Notes: generated by a model not told the origin, from the letters alone. Counted from the first letter of the stretch, positions 31,396-42,980 are shown. The stretch is DNA of 64,000 bases from an uncultured Bacteroidales bacterium (GCA_963753495.1 CAVWCO010000025.1:320223-384222), one strand, 5' to 3'. A program made the numbers and translations.

Positions 31396-32812
31396 ATGAG
31401 TACATCATTTTTTCAAGACCGGAAATAGTCTGGTTTATTATCGGACTTGTGCTTTTCCTTCTCGAACTGGTTCTGCCCGGATTTGTGATCTTTTTCTTTG
31501 GCGTTGGAGCATGGGTAACTGCCCTTCTTTGCCTGATAGCTGATCCCGGAATAAATCTGCAGGCTATTGTTTTTGCAGTTACTTCTGTTCTTTCGCTTGT
31601 TGCACTCAGAAAAATCATCCAGAAGAAATTCTTTTACAGTAAAGATGAATTATCGAAAGAAGTTGAAGATGAATTTACCGGCAAAGAGGCAGTTGCCGTA
31701 ACTGATTTCGGCCCGGGAAAAACGGGAAAGTTGAATTCAAAGGAACTACAGTGGAAAGCAGAATCTGAATCATCAGATAATGAAGGCGACAGAGTTATTA
31801 TTAAGGAAAAAGAGAATTTTAAATTAATTGTTGAACCAAAAAATAATAAAAATGACAGTAATAATCACATTGGCAGGAGCAATTCAAGTACTACATTTAT
31901 TCTGATTGGAGTAATCTTCCTGGCTTTTATCCTGATTTCATCGATGGTAAAAGTTGTTCCCCAGAGAACAGCAATAATTGTTGAACGACTTGGAAAATAC
32001 AGGGCAACATTTACAGCAGGATTCCAGATACTTATCCCGTTTATTGATAAGATAAGGTACAGGCATACTCTTAAAGAACAGGCAATTGATGTTGCTCCTC
32101 AGGTATGTATAACCCGCGATAATATTGCGGTTGAAGTTGACGGTATTCTTTATCTTCAGGTTCTGGATCCTCAAAAAGCATCATATGGAATTGATAATTA
32201 CAGATTTGCATCAATCCAGATTGCCCAGACCACAATGAGAAGCGTGATTGGCAAGCTTGAACTTGACAGGACATTTGAGGAACGCGAAACAATAAATGTT
32301 ACAATTGTTGAAGCAGTTGACAAAGCCAGCGAACCCTGGGGTGTAAAGGTAACCCGCTATGAGGTTAAAAATATTTCTCCTCCGCAGAGCATCAGGGATG
32401 CAATGGAAAAACAGATGAGGGCTGAAAGAGAGAAAAGAGCTGTTATTGCTGAATCGGAAGGAACAAAACAGGCCAAGATAAATAATGCTGAGGGTGACAA
32501 GCAGGAGCTCATCAAGAAATCAGAAGGTGAAATGCAGAAGACGTATCAATGAAGCTGCAGGCCGTGCTTCGGAAATTGAGCAGGTTGCAAAAGCAACAGC
32601 CAACGGATTGAGAGCAATTGCACTTGGCAATATCTGAAGAAAACGGACTGAATGCTGTAAACCTGAGAGTTGCAGAACAATACCTGATTGGATTTGCAAA
32701 CCTGGCAAAAACAAATAATACAATGATCCTTCCGTCAAATCTTACAGATATTGCAGGAATTGTTGCAACAGCAACTTCGGTGTTCAATGAGATGAAGGAT
32801 AAGAAGAAATAA
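31396..32812 (+). CDS. NfeD-like membrane domain apparently fused to an SPFH/band-7 (stomatin-like) domain. Frame breaks lie in a T6 run near 31410 and near 32540.
   Basis: MSTSFF at 31396, then an NfeD-like TM region, then an SPFH core (VVPQRTAIIVERLGKY...). The C-terminal part is in 32618..32812. There is no in-frame stop between the NfeD and SPFH parts. Confidence 0.65.
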
Positions 32813-32897
32813 AGCTAAACTCTAAGTATAGCCTGTATCAAACTCTATGTATACATGCTCACTCTCTGAAAGCTAGAGGCCATTACATTCAATGTCT

Positions 32898-35283
32898 TCA
32901 TACACTGTTCATTTCCTCATGTTCCGTCCTGTTGATGATCTCATTCTGAAGATCTTCCCCAAGATCGTTGAAATAATCGCTGTATCCTGCAACCCTTACA
33001 ATCAGATCCCTGTATAATTCAGGATGCTTCTGTGCATCCTTCAGTGTTTCGGCATTGACAACATTGAACTGGATATGATGCCCATCGAGACTGAAATAGC
33101 TTCGGATAAGTGCAGTAAGACAATTATAGCTATCTTCATCTTCAAAAAACTGAGGTGAGAATTTCTGATTCAGAAGTGTTCCTCCTGTGCGAAGATGATC
33201 AATCTTTGAAGCTGATTTAATAACAGAAGTCGGTCCGTGATTGTCAACACCCTGAAATGGAGAAATCCCTTCCGAAAGAGGAGTGAATGCTTTTCTTCCG
33301 TCGGCAGTGGCTCCTGTAACACTTCCAAAATAAACATGAGATGTTGTCGGAAGCATATTAATCCGGTGAACTCCTCCCCTTGTATATGGCCTGCCGTTAA
33401 CTGCATCATAATAAATCTCAAAAACCGTAACAGCCTGCTGATCAGCATAATCATCATCATTACCATATTTGGGAGTATTATAAATCAGATCATATCTGCA
33501 TCTGTTCATATCCCTTAAAATCAGCATTCAAGAGCTTTATTAACTCATTCCAGCTGATATTTCTTCTTATCATAAATATTATACCTGATTGAAGTCAGCA
33601 TATCTGTAATACTCCCAAGACCGACTCCCTGAATATAAGAAGTATTATATCTTGCGCCTCCGTTGTTATAATCCTTGCCGTTCAGAATACAATCTTCAAC
33701 AAGCAGCGAAAGAAACGGAACAGGCAGCCATCTTGCAAAAGTCTTTTCAATTACATTATTCCCTCTTATTTTAATATCGGCAAAATAGTTAACCTGTGAT
33801 CTGAATGCTTCAATCAGATCATCAAAAGTTTTAAAATCAGCATGCATAACCTGTCTCCAGTCCGACCTGTTTGTTCTGTCCTCTTATCAAATCCGTTATT
33901 CAGGGTCAGTTCAAGAATTTTCGGAAGGTTGAAATAACCTGTAAGCCAGTATGCTTCAGTTCCGAAAGCTCCTGTTTCAACACATCCTGATGCTCCGCCG
34001 TTCCGGGCATCGACAATATTCTTACCCTGCCTGAGCAAGTTCCTGAATTATTGCATCAGTATTAAAGCATGATGGCTGTCCGAAGCCTGTCCTTATAATA
34101 TCAAGTGCCTTATGAATGAACCTGTCGGGACTTTTTTTGCTGATCTGAACCATTGAACTTGGCTGAAGTATCCTCATCTCCTTAATAACATCAAGAAGAA
34201 TATATGACATTTCATTAACAGCATCAGTTCCGTCAGGTTTAACTCCGCCAAGATTAATCAGACAGAAATCGGTATAAGTATTGCTTTCACTTGCAGTAAC
34301 TCCCATTTTAGGAGGAGAAGGATGGTTATTGAATTTAACCCAGAAACAACCAAGAAGATCATACAGTTCTTCATCTGAAAGAGTTCCTGCTTCCTTCTCT
34401 TTCTTATAAACAGGATAAAGATGCTGGTCAAGCCTTCCGGGATTGAAAGAATCCCATGGATTAAGTTCAGTTATGACACCCAGATGAATAAACCAGTAAT
34501 GCTGAAGCATTTCATGAACAGTTTCAGGAGCATGGGCAGGCACTTTCCGGCATACAGCAGCCATTTTCAAAAGTTCGTCTTCCTTGTTCGGATCGTTTCT
34601 CAGCAGCTGCAAGTCTTTCAAGTTCATCAGCATGCCGGTCTGCATACATTATAATTGCATCGCAGGCAATATCCATAGCCTTGAGTTCTTCAGACTTTTC
34701 AAAAGCTTCATTATCGTTAAAAAAATCAAGTCTTGAGATAGCTTTCCTTATTTCTTCCTTTAAGCTGAAGAAATCCTGTTTTGAACATTTTATAACCCAG
34801 AACAGTATGTCCCGGAGCCCGCTGTTCCTGGAATTCGGTGAAGATGCCGGCATTATAGGCATTAAGCCATTCAGGTGTCATAAGGCTCATTATCCTGTCG
34901 CGGTTGCTTTTTCCTTTCCAGAAAGGAATGATCTCTTCTTCATAAATCTTTCTTGACTTCATCATCAACTCTGAAAAATACTTTTTCCCTTGAATCAAGT
35001 ATTTCAAGATCCTTCAGTGAATGAAGGCTTATTTCGGGATAAGTAGGAGTCTCCTTTGGAGCAGGGCCTCTCTCTCCCACAATAAGTTCACCTTCATTAA
35101 TACATATCTTCTTGTTTTTCAGAAGATATTCAAATGCCTTTGCTCTTTTGACCGGAGCTGAAAATTCGCGGGCTTCATCGCTTTTATAAAATCGGGTGAT
35201 AAGCAAAGCCCTTTCGGCCTGATCTTTTCAACTGCATTAAGGCTCTGTTCCCTTAATTTTTTAACTCTTTCAGATAGTATCAT
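32898..35283 (-). pseudogene. Glycyl-radical enzyme of the PFL2/glycerol-dehydratase family (includes CutC-, HypD- and PD-dehydratase-like enzymes), broken into at least 7 ORFs.
   Basis: The glycyl-radical motif is RVAGYS (33000s). The catalytic loop is GGASGCVETG (33960s). FTEFQEQRAPGH and GFGQPSCFNTD are also present. The pieces are 34940..35206, 34726..35007, 34524..34862, 34022..34645, 33814..34038, 33545..33847 and 32898..33527. Confidence 0.7.
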
Positions 35284-35333
35284 ATTTATAATTATTTATT
35301 ATCAGTTTATTTCATCATATTATGATTCATTGA

Positions 35334-35361
35334 TTTTACCCCTAAATCCCCTAAAGGGGAC
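35334..35361. repeat. Short G/C-rich hairpin motif CCCCTAAATCCCCTAAAGGGGA, also present at 41121-41146.
   Basis: Near-identical copies at 35334..35361 and 41121..41146, each embedded in an AT-rich spacer. Confidence 0.35.
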
Positions 35362-35430
35362 TTTATAATCGCTTTACTCTCCAAACCCCAAGTTCAACTC
35401 CATAATTTCATTTATCCTCCGATTTTAACT

Positions 35431-36215
35431 TTTATTCCTGTTTCCGAAAGAATTCCTTCAATTCCTTCATTCTTTCAGCTGAAGGCTGTTCAGTATCCTT
35501 CATCCTGTAAGGAATATTGAATTTCTTATATTTTGAAGCTCCGATCCTATGAAACGGAAGAAGATTTATCTTTTTAAGATTATCACATTTTAAGCCTGAT
35601 AAGAAATTCTCTTAAGTCTGTCCAGATGTTCCTGATCATCATTATTCCCGGAATAACAGGAATTCTTACCATTACATCTTTTCCACTTTTAAGAATCAGC
35701 TTGAAATTTTCAAGAATACCAATGTTTGAAACACCGGTATATTCAATATGTTTTGACATCATCAAGATGTTTGATATCGAAAAGGAAAAGATCGGTAAAA
35801 GGAATTATTGCTCTGATAATTTTCAGGAGATGAATATCCTGAAGTATCGACAGCAGTATGATATCCATTTGCTTTACAGGCTTTTAATGCTTCAAGCAGA
35901 AATTCAGACTGAATCAACGGTTCTCCTCCCGAAAATGTAACACCGCCATTTGACTGCTGAAGAAAACCTGTCCTTTATCAAGAATTTCAAGAATATTCTC
36001 AACAGAATAATATTTGCCAACTTCTTCATTCCGATGAAATTCCTTGTCTCCCACTCTCCTTGTCTGGTCAACCGATTCACTGTATCAGGAGAAATTCCTT
36101 CCGGATTATGGCACCACCAGCACGAAAGCGGGCATCCTTTCATGAAGAAAGTTACCCTGATCCCCGGACCATCGTGGATTGAATATCGTTTAACGCTGAA
36201 AATAAATCCTTTCAT
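35431..36215 (-). CDS. Glycyl-radical enzyme activating protein (radical SAM, PflA-like), split into at least 3 ORFs.
   Basis: [40 protein letters not shown] (CxxxCxxC) in 35904..36215. The later parts are in 35583..35765, and the adjacent frame runs to a stop at 35431. Confidence 0.7.
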
Positions 36216-36667
36216 TGAGAATGATAACTTTTAGAACATAATTAGGTGCAGAGGGCAAAATGGGGGCAATCAAAAACGAATCCGGTCTTAAGGACACTCT
36301 GTATTAGAGATTGTAGAACATCAGGCAATGATAAAGTCTCTTTCCGAGACGCTGCATCATGAAACGATATTTGAGCTTTGAAATCATAAATGATTAATTG
36401 GCCGAAAGTTATGAAAAATTTTACAGGATTTTAACATTTTAAGAAAAATATCCTGAAAAATTAACAAAAGATTAACAAAACTACCTGCAACAAAATGATC
36501 TCACAGGCGTCTATATATTGGATAACGAATGAAACAGTATTATGATATATTTTTTAACAGTTCTTTTTTTAATGGTTTGGTCTGCTAAAAAATAGAAATT
36601 ACAAAATATTAAAGATTTCTTAAAAGGCCGTCCGGCCAAATTCTACGATCAGGTTTAGGTTAATGAA

Positions 36668-36703
36668 GGAAAGATAACTCCCAACTATCTTTCCTTTTTT
36701 TTT
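36668..36703 (+). terminator. Rho-independent terminator-like hairpin plus T9 run with no upstream annotated gene on this strand.
   Basis: GGAAAGATAactcccaaCTATCTTTCC followed by ttttttttt, inside a 700-bp intergenic region. Confidence 0.4.
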
Positions 36704-36777
36704 ATTATTCCGTCTGATTCTTCGTTATTAACTGGCTTCAACCGGGCGGTTTAAAATCAGTGTTTTTTTTGGTTTTA

Positions 36778-36826
36778 ACCTTTGTGATACATTGTGAGGC
36801 ACTTTGTGGTCCTTTGTGGTTCAATG
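36778..36826. repeat. Half-element of the heptamer repeat family, 4x tandem CTTTGTG-type units with no clear partner arm.
   Basis: aaCCTTTGTGATACATTGTGAGGCACTTTGTGGTCCTTTGTGGttcaatg. It lies about 100 bp upstream of the M3 peptidase start. Confidence 0.5.
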
Positions 36827-36923
36827 TTTTAAAAGAAAACTTAATCCATAAGTAGTTAAATAACCGGAAATTTTAATCTTTGTACCGAACCGGTCAAAGG
36901 AATTAAACAATCTTGTCTGAATA

Positions 36924-39031
36924 ATGAAAAAAACTGTTCTTCTTATTGCAATTGTTACCATGGTATTAACTTCATGCAAACAAAAAGTGAAAAGTGATAA
37001 TCCGTTACTCAATGAATTTGAAACCCCATTCGGGGTTCCTCCGTTTGAACTTATAAAAGCTTCTCATTTTATGCCGGCATATCTGAAGGCTTTTGAAGAG
37101 CAGAAAAAAGAAGTACGTAAAATAATAACCAATAAACAGGCACCTGATTTTGAAAACACAATAAAAGCCCTTGAATACAGCAGTGAGCTCCTGACAAAAG
37201 TCAGCAGGGTCTTCGGTTCACTTAACTCAGCCAATACAAATGATTCATTACAGGCTATAAATCTGGAGATTGCACCTCTTTCATCAAAGCACAGGGACGA
37301 TATCAACCTGAATGACACACTTTTTCAGAAAGTTAAATCGGTTTATGAAAACAAGGATAATTTCAAGCTTACAGAAGAGGAACAGAAGGTGCTTGAAGAT
37401 ACATATAAAGGATTTGTAAGGAACGGGGCCGGGTTATCGCCGGAAGATAAGACCAAGCTCAGAAAGATAAACGAAGAGCTGTCGCTTCTCTCAGTGAAGT
37501 TCGGTCAGAATCTACTGGCTGAAACCAATGCTTTCAAACTGATTATTGATAAAGAGGAGGACCTGGCCGGATTGCCCGAAGGAGTTATTGCACAGGCAGC
37601 ATCAGCAGCTGAAAAAATGAATCTCAACGGGAAGTGGGTATTTACAATTCAGTATCCGATAATGGAACCATTCCTTAAGTATTCTGAAAAGCGTGAGCTG
37701 AGGGAAAAGCTCTTTACAGCATATTTCATGAAAGGAGATAATGGCAACGAAAAGGACAATAATGAAATTATATCCAGGATTGCAAAACTCAGGATTGAAA
37801 GATCTATACTTCTCGGATATAAAAGCTATTCGGATTTTGCCCTTGAAAGAACAATGGCAAAAACTCCTGAAAGGGTAATGGATTTCCTGGGTCAGGTTTG
37901 GAATGCGGCTTTGCCTGTTGCAAAAGCGGAAGCTTTGGCCCAGCAGGAACTTATTGATAGGGAGGGAGGTAAATTTCAAACTTCAGCCCTGGGACTGGTG
38001 GTATTACACCGAAAAGATCAAGAAGGAGAAGTATGCACTTGATGATGAGATGATCAGACCATATTTCAGGACGGAAAATGTTATTGATGGAATGTTTTAT
38101 GTCGCTAACCGGCTTTATAACCTCAGTTTTACAAAAAGGACCGATATCCCGAAATATCATCCGGATGTTGTCACATTTGAAGTGACCCGCGATAATGAGC
38201 ATGTAGGAATCCTGATGATAGATAACTACCCGCGTGCCTCAAAACGTGAACGGAGCATGGTGCGGAGCATACAGAGGGCAGAGCCGCGACATTAAAGGCA
38301 ATATGATTCATCCTGTGGTCACAATGGTTACAAACTCAACTCCCCCGACAGCCGACAAACCTTCACTTCTTACACCTGATGAAGCAAGCACTCTCTTTCA
38401 TGAGTTCGGACATGCGCTTCATCAGCTTCTTTCAAACTCAACTTACCCGGGCGTTTCAGGAACGTCTGTTGCGCGCGATTTTGTCGAGCTGCCCTCACAG
38501 ATAATGGAACACTGGGTGCTTGAACCGGAGGTGCTTAAGGTTTATGCAAAACACTATCAGACAGGAGAAATAATTCCGGCTGAAATAATTGAAAAACTTG
38601 ACAAAGCCGGAAAGTTCAATACAGGATTCACAACCGTCGAATTCCTGGCGGCTGCTCTCCTCGATATGGAATATCATATTCTGAATGAACCTGTTGATAT
38701 TAATATACGCGATTTCGAAAAGAAGGCAATGGAAAAATACGGACTTATGCCTGAAATCAAGCCAAGATACAGATCAACATACTTTAACCATATCTGGAGT
38801 TCAGGTTATGCCTCAGGCTATTACAGCTATTACTGGAGCGAAATGCTTGATGCTGATGCCTTCCAGGCGTTTAGGGAGACAGGCGATATTTTTAACAGGG
38901 AAGTTGCCGGCCGATTTGAAAAAGAGATCCTCTCAAGAGGAGGTTCAAGGGATCCACTTGACATGTATATCGCTTTCAGGGGAAAAGAACCCGGAATTGA
39001 CGCCCTGCTGGAAAACAGAGGTCTGAAATGA
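36924..39031 (+). CDS. M3-family peptidyl-dipeptidase Dcp / oligopeptidase A-like lipoprotein, split into 3 ORFs.
   Basis: Signal MKKTVLLIAIVTMVLTSCK. The HEXXH motif is HEFGHALH in 38234..39031. Pieces are 36924..38042, 37903..38295 and 38234..39031. Confidence 0.8.
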
Positions 39032-41088
39032 AAATCTGTTACCTGTTATTCCTCGTTATTATAATCTCTGCTACCGACTGTTTTGCTTATACAAAAGAGC
39101 CGGTGGCTGTAAAAGGAGTAATGGATCTAAGTGAAACAGCCAATGACAAATTCCTTATTAAGCTTGGGGGCAAATGGGAATTTTATTGGAACAAATTGTT
39201 GAAACCCGGGGATTTTGCCGGGGATATTAAATTAAGGCCCGATTTCTATGGTGAGGTTCCATCTTACTGGACCGATTATCCTGAAGATTCAGTGGAAACG
39301 ACCAGCATGGGATTTGCAACCTACCGGCTTATATTGTTACTACCTTCCGGTTACAGGAATTCACTTGGTTTCAATATGCCTGTTTTCGATTCTTCTTATG
39401 AAATCTATGTTGATGGAAAATCAATGGGGAAAAATGGTAACCCTGGCAAAACAAAGGATGAAACCAAACCTCAATATGAAAAAATATTGTTCAGATTTAA
39501 TCCCTCTTCAGATACCGTCCAAATAATAATTAACGTCTCGAATTTCAATCATCGCAGAGGTGGATTCTGGCAGCCAATAAGGATCGGTACATTTTCTGAA
39601 GTACAGCAGGGATACGCCTCAGCCTGGGCAAGGGACTGGGCATCAATAAGCTTTTTGTTGGGATTCGCTCTCTTCTTCCTGTTTTTTTATCTGATCTATA
39701 CCAAGGACAGCCTGATGGGATTCTTTAGTCTGGCCACAATAGGACTTGCCCTCAGGCCCCTGTTTACATCCAATTTCCTGATAAATACTATTATGGCAAT
39801 TAGCTGGGAATGGATAGTCCGGTGGGAATACCTTGGTTTGTACCTGATACTGGCTGGCTGGTACTGGTTTGCAGCAGTGTTGTATCCATCAAAATATTTC
39901 AGGATTCTAACCTGGATAATAACCTGCATTTTTGTGGCTGCATCAATACTTACACTGATTCTTCCCGTAAGGATTTTCAGCTATATGACTTTTGTTATTT
40001 ATCCTTCACTGCTCGTGATTATCGGATACTCTCTGACAGGTAGCCTCAGAGGATTAATCAGAAAGAATCGTGTAGATTATATATATTTCACAGTATTTGT
40101 AATGTTGTCATATGCAGCGATCCACGATGCATGGATATCGCTCGGCAAACCAGCTGCTATTTCGGCATATATACTCACCTATATACTTGTAATTTTCGTA
40201 TTTATCCAGGCTATGCTCCTGTTTTATAAATGGGTAAAAGCCTATTCAGAAAAGGAGAAGCTGCAGAAAGAACTTGAATATCTGAACAGAAATCTGGAGC
40301 TCCTGGTAAACGAGAGGACACAGGAAATAAATGCACGAAGAGGAGAGATTGAAAATCAAAATATACAAATTGCAATTCAGAACAAAAAACTATCAGAGAC
40401 CATTCAGCTAAAGAACAAGATCTTTTCAGTTATTGCCCATGATCTGAGAAGTCCCGTTGTAAATATCCTTTATATGCTTAATCTGCTTAAAGAAAAGGAA
40501 TTCAAGGATAAATACGATTCATTTGCCGATGCCAGCATTCAGTATTCACAGCAGGTAATTAACCTTCTTGAGAACATGCTGGTCTGGGGAAGAGGACAGG
40601 AAGATAAAATTAAGTTCTCACCGGGAAGGCACGATCTTGCCGATATTGTTCTGACAAACATGAGCATTTTCAAGGAGACCGCTGACAAAAAAGATATTAC
40701 TGTCAATTTCACCCAGATCGGAAACTCAAAAGCATTTTTCGACAAGGACCTGATGGATATTATTATCCGTAACCTTCTGTCGAATGCTATTAAATATACT
40801 CCTAAAGGGGGAAGAATAAGCATACTCCTCAAAGACAAAACTCTGACAGGAGAAGGGATCTCATTAAAGATTTGCGACAACGGAGTCGGGATCCCCCCGG
40901 TAAAGCAGGAATACATCTTCACCTCCACTGAAATTGAAAGCACACCCGGTACAGAAAATGAAAAAGGTACCGGATTTGGCCTCAAACTCTGTTATGAGCT
41001 CATAAAAATCAATAACGGTACAATCACATTAGAAAGCACTGAGGGAGAAGGGACATGTTTCACAATGACATTACCTGAACAGAAATAA
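39028..41088 (+). CDS. 7TM-DISM sensor histidine kinase with a 7TMR-DISMED2 extracellular domain, 7 TM helices, HisKA and HATPase_c domains.
   Basis: An intact 686-aa ORF. GGKWEFYW marks the DISMED2 start, followed by a 7-helix hydrophobic block, a coiled coil, the VIAHDLRSP H-box, and G-boxes near the C-terminus. The start overlaps the stop of dcp as ATGA. Confidence 0.85.
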   Translation: MKICYLLFLVIIISATDCFAYTKEPVAVKGVMDLSETANDKFLIKLGGKWEFYWNKLLKPGDFAGDIKLRPDFYGEVPSYWTDYPEDSVETTSMGFATYRLILLLPSGYRNSLGFNMPVFDSSYEIYVDGKSMGKNGNPGKTKDETKPQYEKILFRFNPSSDTVQIIINVSNFNHRRGGFWQPIRIGTFSEVQQGYASAWARDWASISFLLGFALFFLFFYLIYTKDSLMGFFSLATIGLALRPLFTSNFLINTIMAISWEWIVRWEYLGLYLILAGWYWFAAVLYPSKYFRILTWIITCIFVAASILTLILPVRIFSYMTFVIYPSLLVIIGYSLTGSLRGLIRKNRVDYIYFTVFVMLSYAAIHDAWISLGKPAAISAYILTYILVIFVFIQAMLLFYKWVKAYSEKEKLQKELEYLNRNLELLVNERTQEINARRGEIENQNIQIAIQNKKLSETIQLKNKIFSVIAHDLRSPVVNILYMLNLLKEKEFKDKYDSFADASIQYSQQVINLLENMLVWGRGQEDKIKFSPGRHDLADIVLTNMSIFKETADKKDITVNFTQIGNSKAFFDKDLMDIIIRNLLSNAIKYTPKGGRISILLKDKTLTGEGISLKICDNGVGIPPVKQEYIFTSTEIESTPGTENEKGTGFGLKLCYELIKINNGTITLESTEGEGTCFTMTLPEQK

Positions 41089-41153
41089 ATAAGGGTCTTT
41101 TGTTTATCCCATTTATTATTTGCCCCTAAATGCCCTGAAAGGGGACCGACCGT

Positions 41154-41180
41154 AATAAATTGCCCTGTGGGCAATTTATT
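41154..41180. terminator. Perfect 12-bp inverted repeat AATAAATTGCCCtgtGGGCAATTTATT between convergent genes.
   Basis: Read directly. It overlaps the stop region of the Crp-family gene and lies about 65 bp after the HK stop. Confidence 0.5.
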
Positions 41181-41845
41181 CTATTGTAAGCTCAGCAAGC
41201 CTTTTTTTATCAAGAATCTTAAGGTATTTACCTCTTGTACTGATTATTCCTGCGTTTTCCATTTCACTGAGAACCCTCGCGATCGATGGACGCGCAACTC
41301 CAAAATATTCAGCAATTTCGTTTTGAGTCATTTGCAGGGTGATCTCTGTCTTATCGTCACCGGCAGACTGAAGAATAATTGTGCCAGTTTACCCCTTATT
41401 GTTTTAAAATTAAGGAACTTAATTTTTGCAGAAAGGAATTGGGAGCGGTTAGAGATCATATCCAGAAAATTTGCAAGGATCTTATCGCTGTATTTCAGGA
41501 ACTTAATGAATTGGATTTTTCTATTAAAAGGATTTCTGTTTCCCTGACTGTGACCACATTAACCGGGAAGCGGTTTCTGGTTCCGAAAATAAATGCTGCT
41601 GCGATGGCCCCGGGAGCAGGAACATCCTCTATTTTTATAATCCTGCCGGAATAATCGATCATCTCTCCCTTGACCATTCCGCTTATTACCATCATAAAGA
41701 AGTTAACAGGATCTCCGCTCTGTGCAACTAATGCTCCTGGCTTGTATTTCCTTAGCTGATATTGAGTTACAGAAATTGCAGATTCCACTTCCTCAAGTGT
41801 CAATCCACTGAAAACAGGTGCATTTAAAAGAATTGAATAATCCAT
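41169..41845 (-). CDS. Crp/Fnr-family transcriptional regulator (cNMP-binding domain plus HTH). Frame breaks fall between 41390 and 41500.
   Basis: The cNMP-binding domain is in 41495..41845. The HTH region QNEIAEYFGVARPSIARVLSEMENAGIIS reads in the adjacent frame over 41169..41390. There is no N-terminal Cys cluster, so it is Crp-like rather than Fnr-like. Confidence 0.7.
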
Positions 41846-41942
41846 ATTTTTTTCAGTAAAATTAGCAATTGTAACATATGTTACAATTTACTTGCTTAAC
41901 ATTTTTCATTTTTGTATCTGAAATTATAAATAATTACATAAA

Positions 41943-42817
41943 ATGAAAAGAGACATTCTTAAAATAGACGAGGAGCTTTGCAATGGCTGCGGACAATGTG
42001 TCCCGAACTGCCATGAAGGAGCATTGCAGGTTATCGACGGAAAGGTAAGGCTGGTAAGTGAACTGATGTGCGACGGGTTAGGTGCATGCATCGGCCATTG
42101 TCCTGAAGGTGCAATAACAATCGAAAAGAGGGAAGCTGAGCCTTACAATGAAATAAAAGTAATGGAACAAATGATCATCCAAAGGAAAGAACACAATAAT
42201 TGCTCACCTGAAGCACCTGAAGGATCATGGTGAAACAGGATTTCTGCAGGAAGGGGTCGGCTACCTGAAAAACAATCAGGAAATTCTTAGTTTCGACCTG
42301 ATGGAGGTTATGCACGAAGTTCATAATCAGGGAAATCACCAGGTTACATGCCGGAGGAGGCTGTCCCGGCTCACGTGCAGTTGTGATAGAAAAACCAGAT
42401 ACTGATGACAACAGACTATCTGCAACCGACCAGCCTTCTGAATTAAGGCAATGGCCTGTTCAGATGCATCTTCTTAATCCAAATGCTCCCTATTTAAGGG
42501 GAGCAGATCTGCTTCTCGCTGCCGATTGTGTGGCTTTTTCAATGGGAAATTTCCACAGCAGACACCTGAAAGGAAAATCACTGGCAATTGCCTGTCCCAA
42601 ACTTGACCATGGAACTGACATTTATATTGAGAAGCTAACTGCAATGATCGATATTGCAAAAGTGAATACAATTACAGTAATGATGATGGAAGTGCCCTGC
42701 TGCGGAGGATTACTTCAGATGGTAAGGAACGCCTCATCCAGAGCAGCAAGGAAAGTTCCGGTAAAACAGATGATAATCAGCCTTTCAGGAGAAGTACTGA
42801 AAGAAGAATGGGTCTGA
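41943..42817 (+). CDS. Iron-sulfur protein with an N-terminal 2x[4Fe-4S] ferredoxin domain and a C-terminal Cys-rich domain (CPGGGC...CCGG). Frame breaks occur between 42230 and 42360.
   Basis: [11 protein letters not shown] and [12 protein letters not shown] in 41943..42233. The intervening frames encode [18 protein letters not shown]...[18 protein letters not shown], joining into 42383..42817 (…AADCVAF…CPKLDH…EVPCCGG). I could not assign a family. Confidence 0.45.
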
Positions 42818-42980
42818 TATGATATATATCATCTGGTAATTTCAAAAATTGGTTCCTATCAAAAAAATACATATTTTAGCCGCCCGATTGCAGAATTGAA
42901 GGAGTTTTAATTTAAAATATAAGATATGACCAACAATAATAGAGCAGGTAAAATCAGATAATCAGAAGTTTTACCTGGGT

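Noticed and set aside
31388-31618. 76-aa minus-strand ORF in the NfeD upstream region
   Set aside because: It overlaps the NfeD N-terminus on the opposite strand and has no homology signal.
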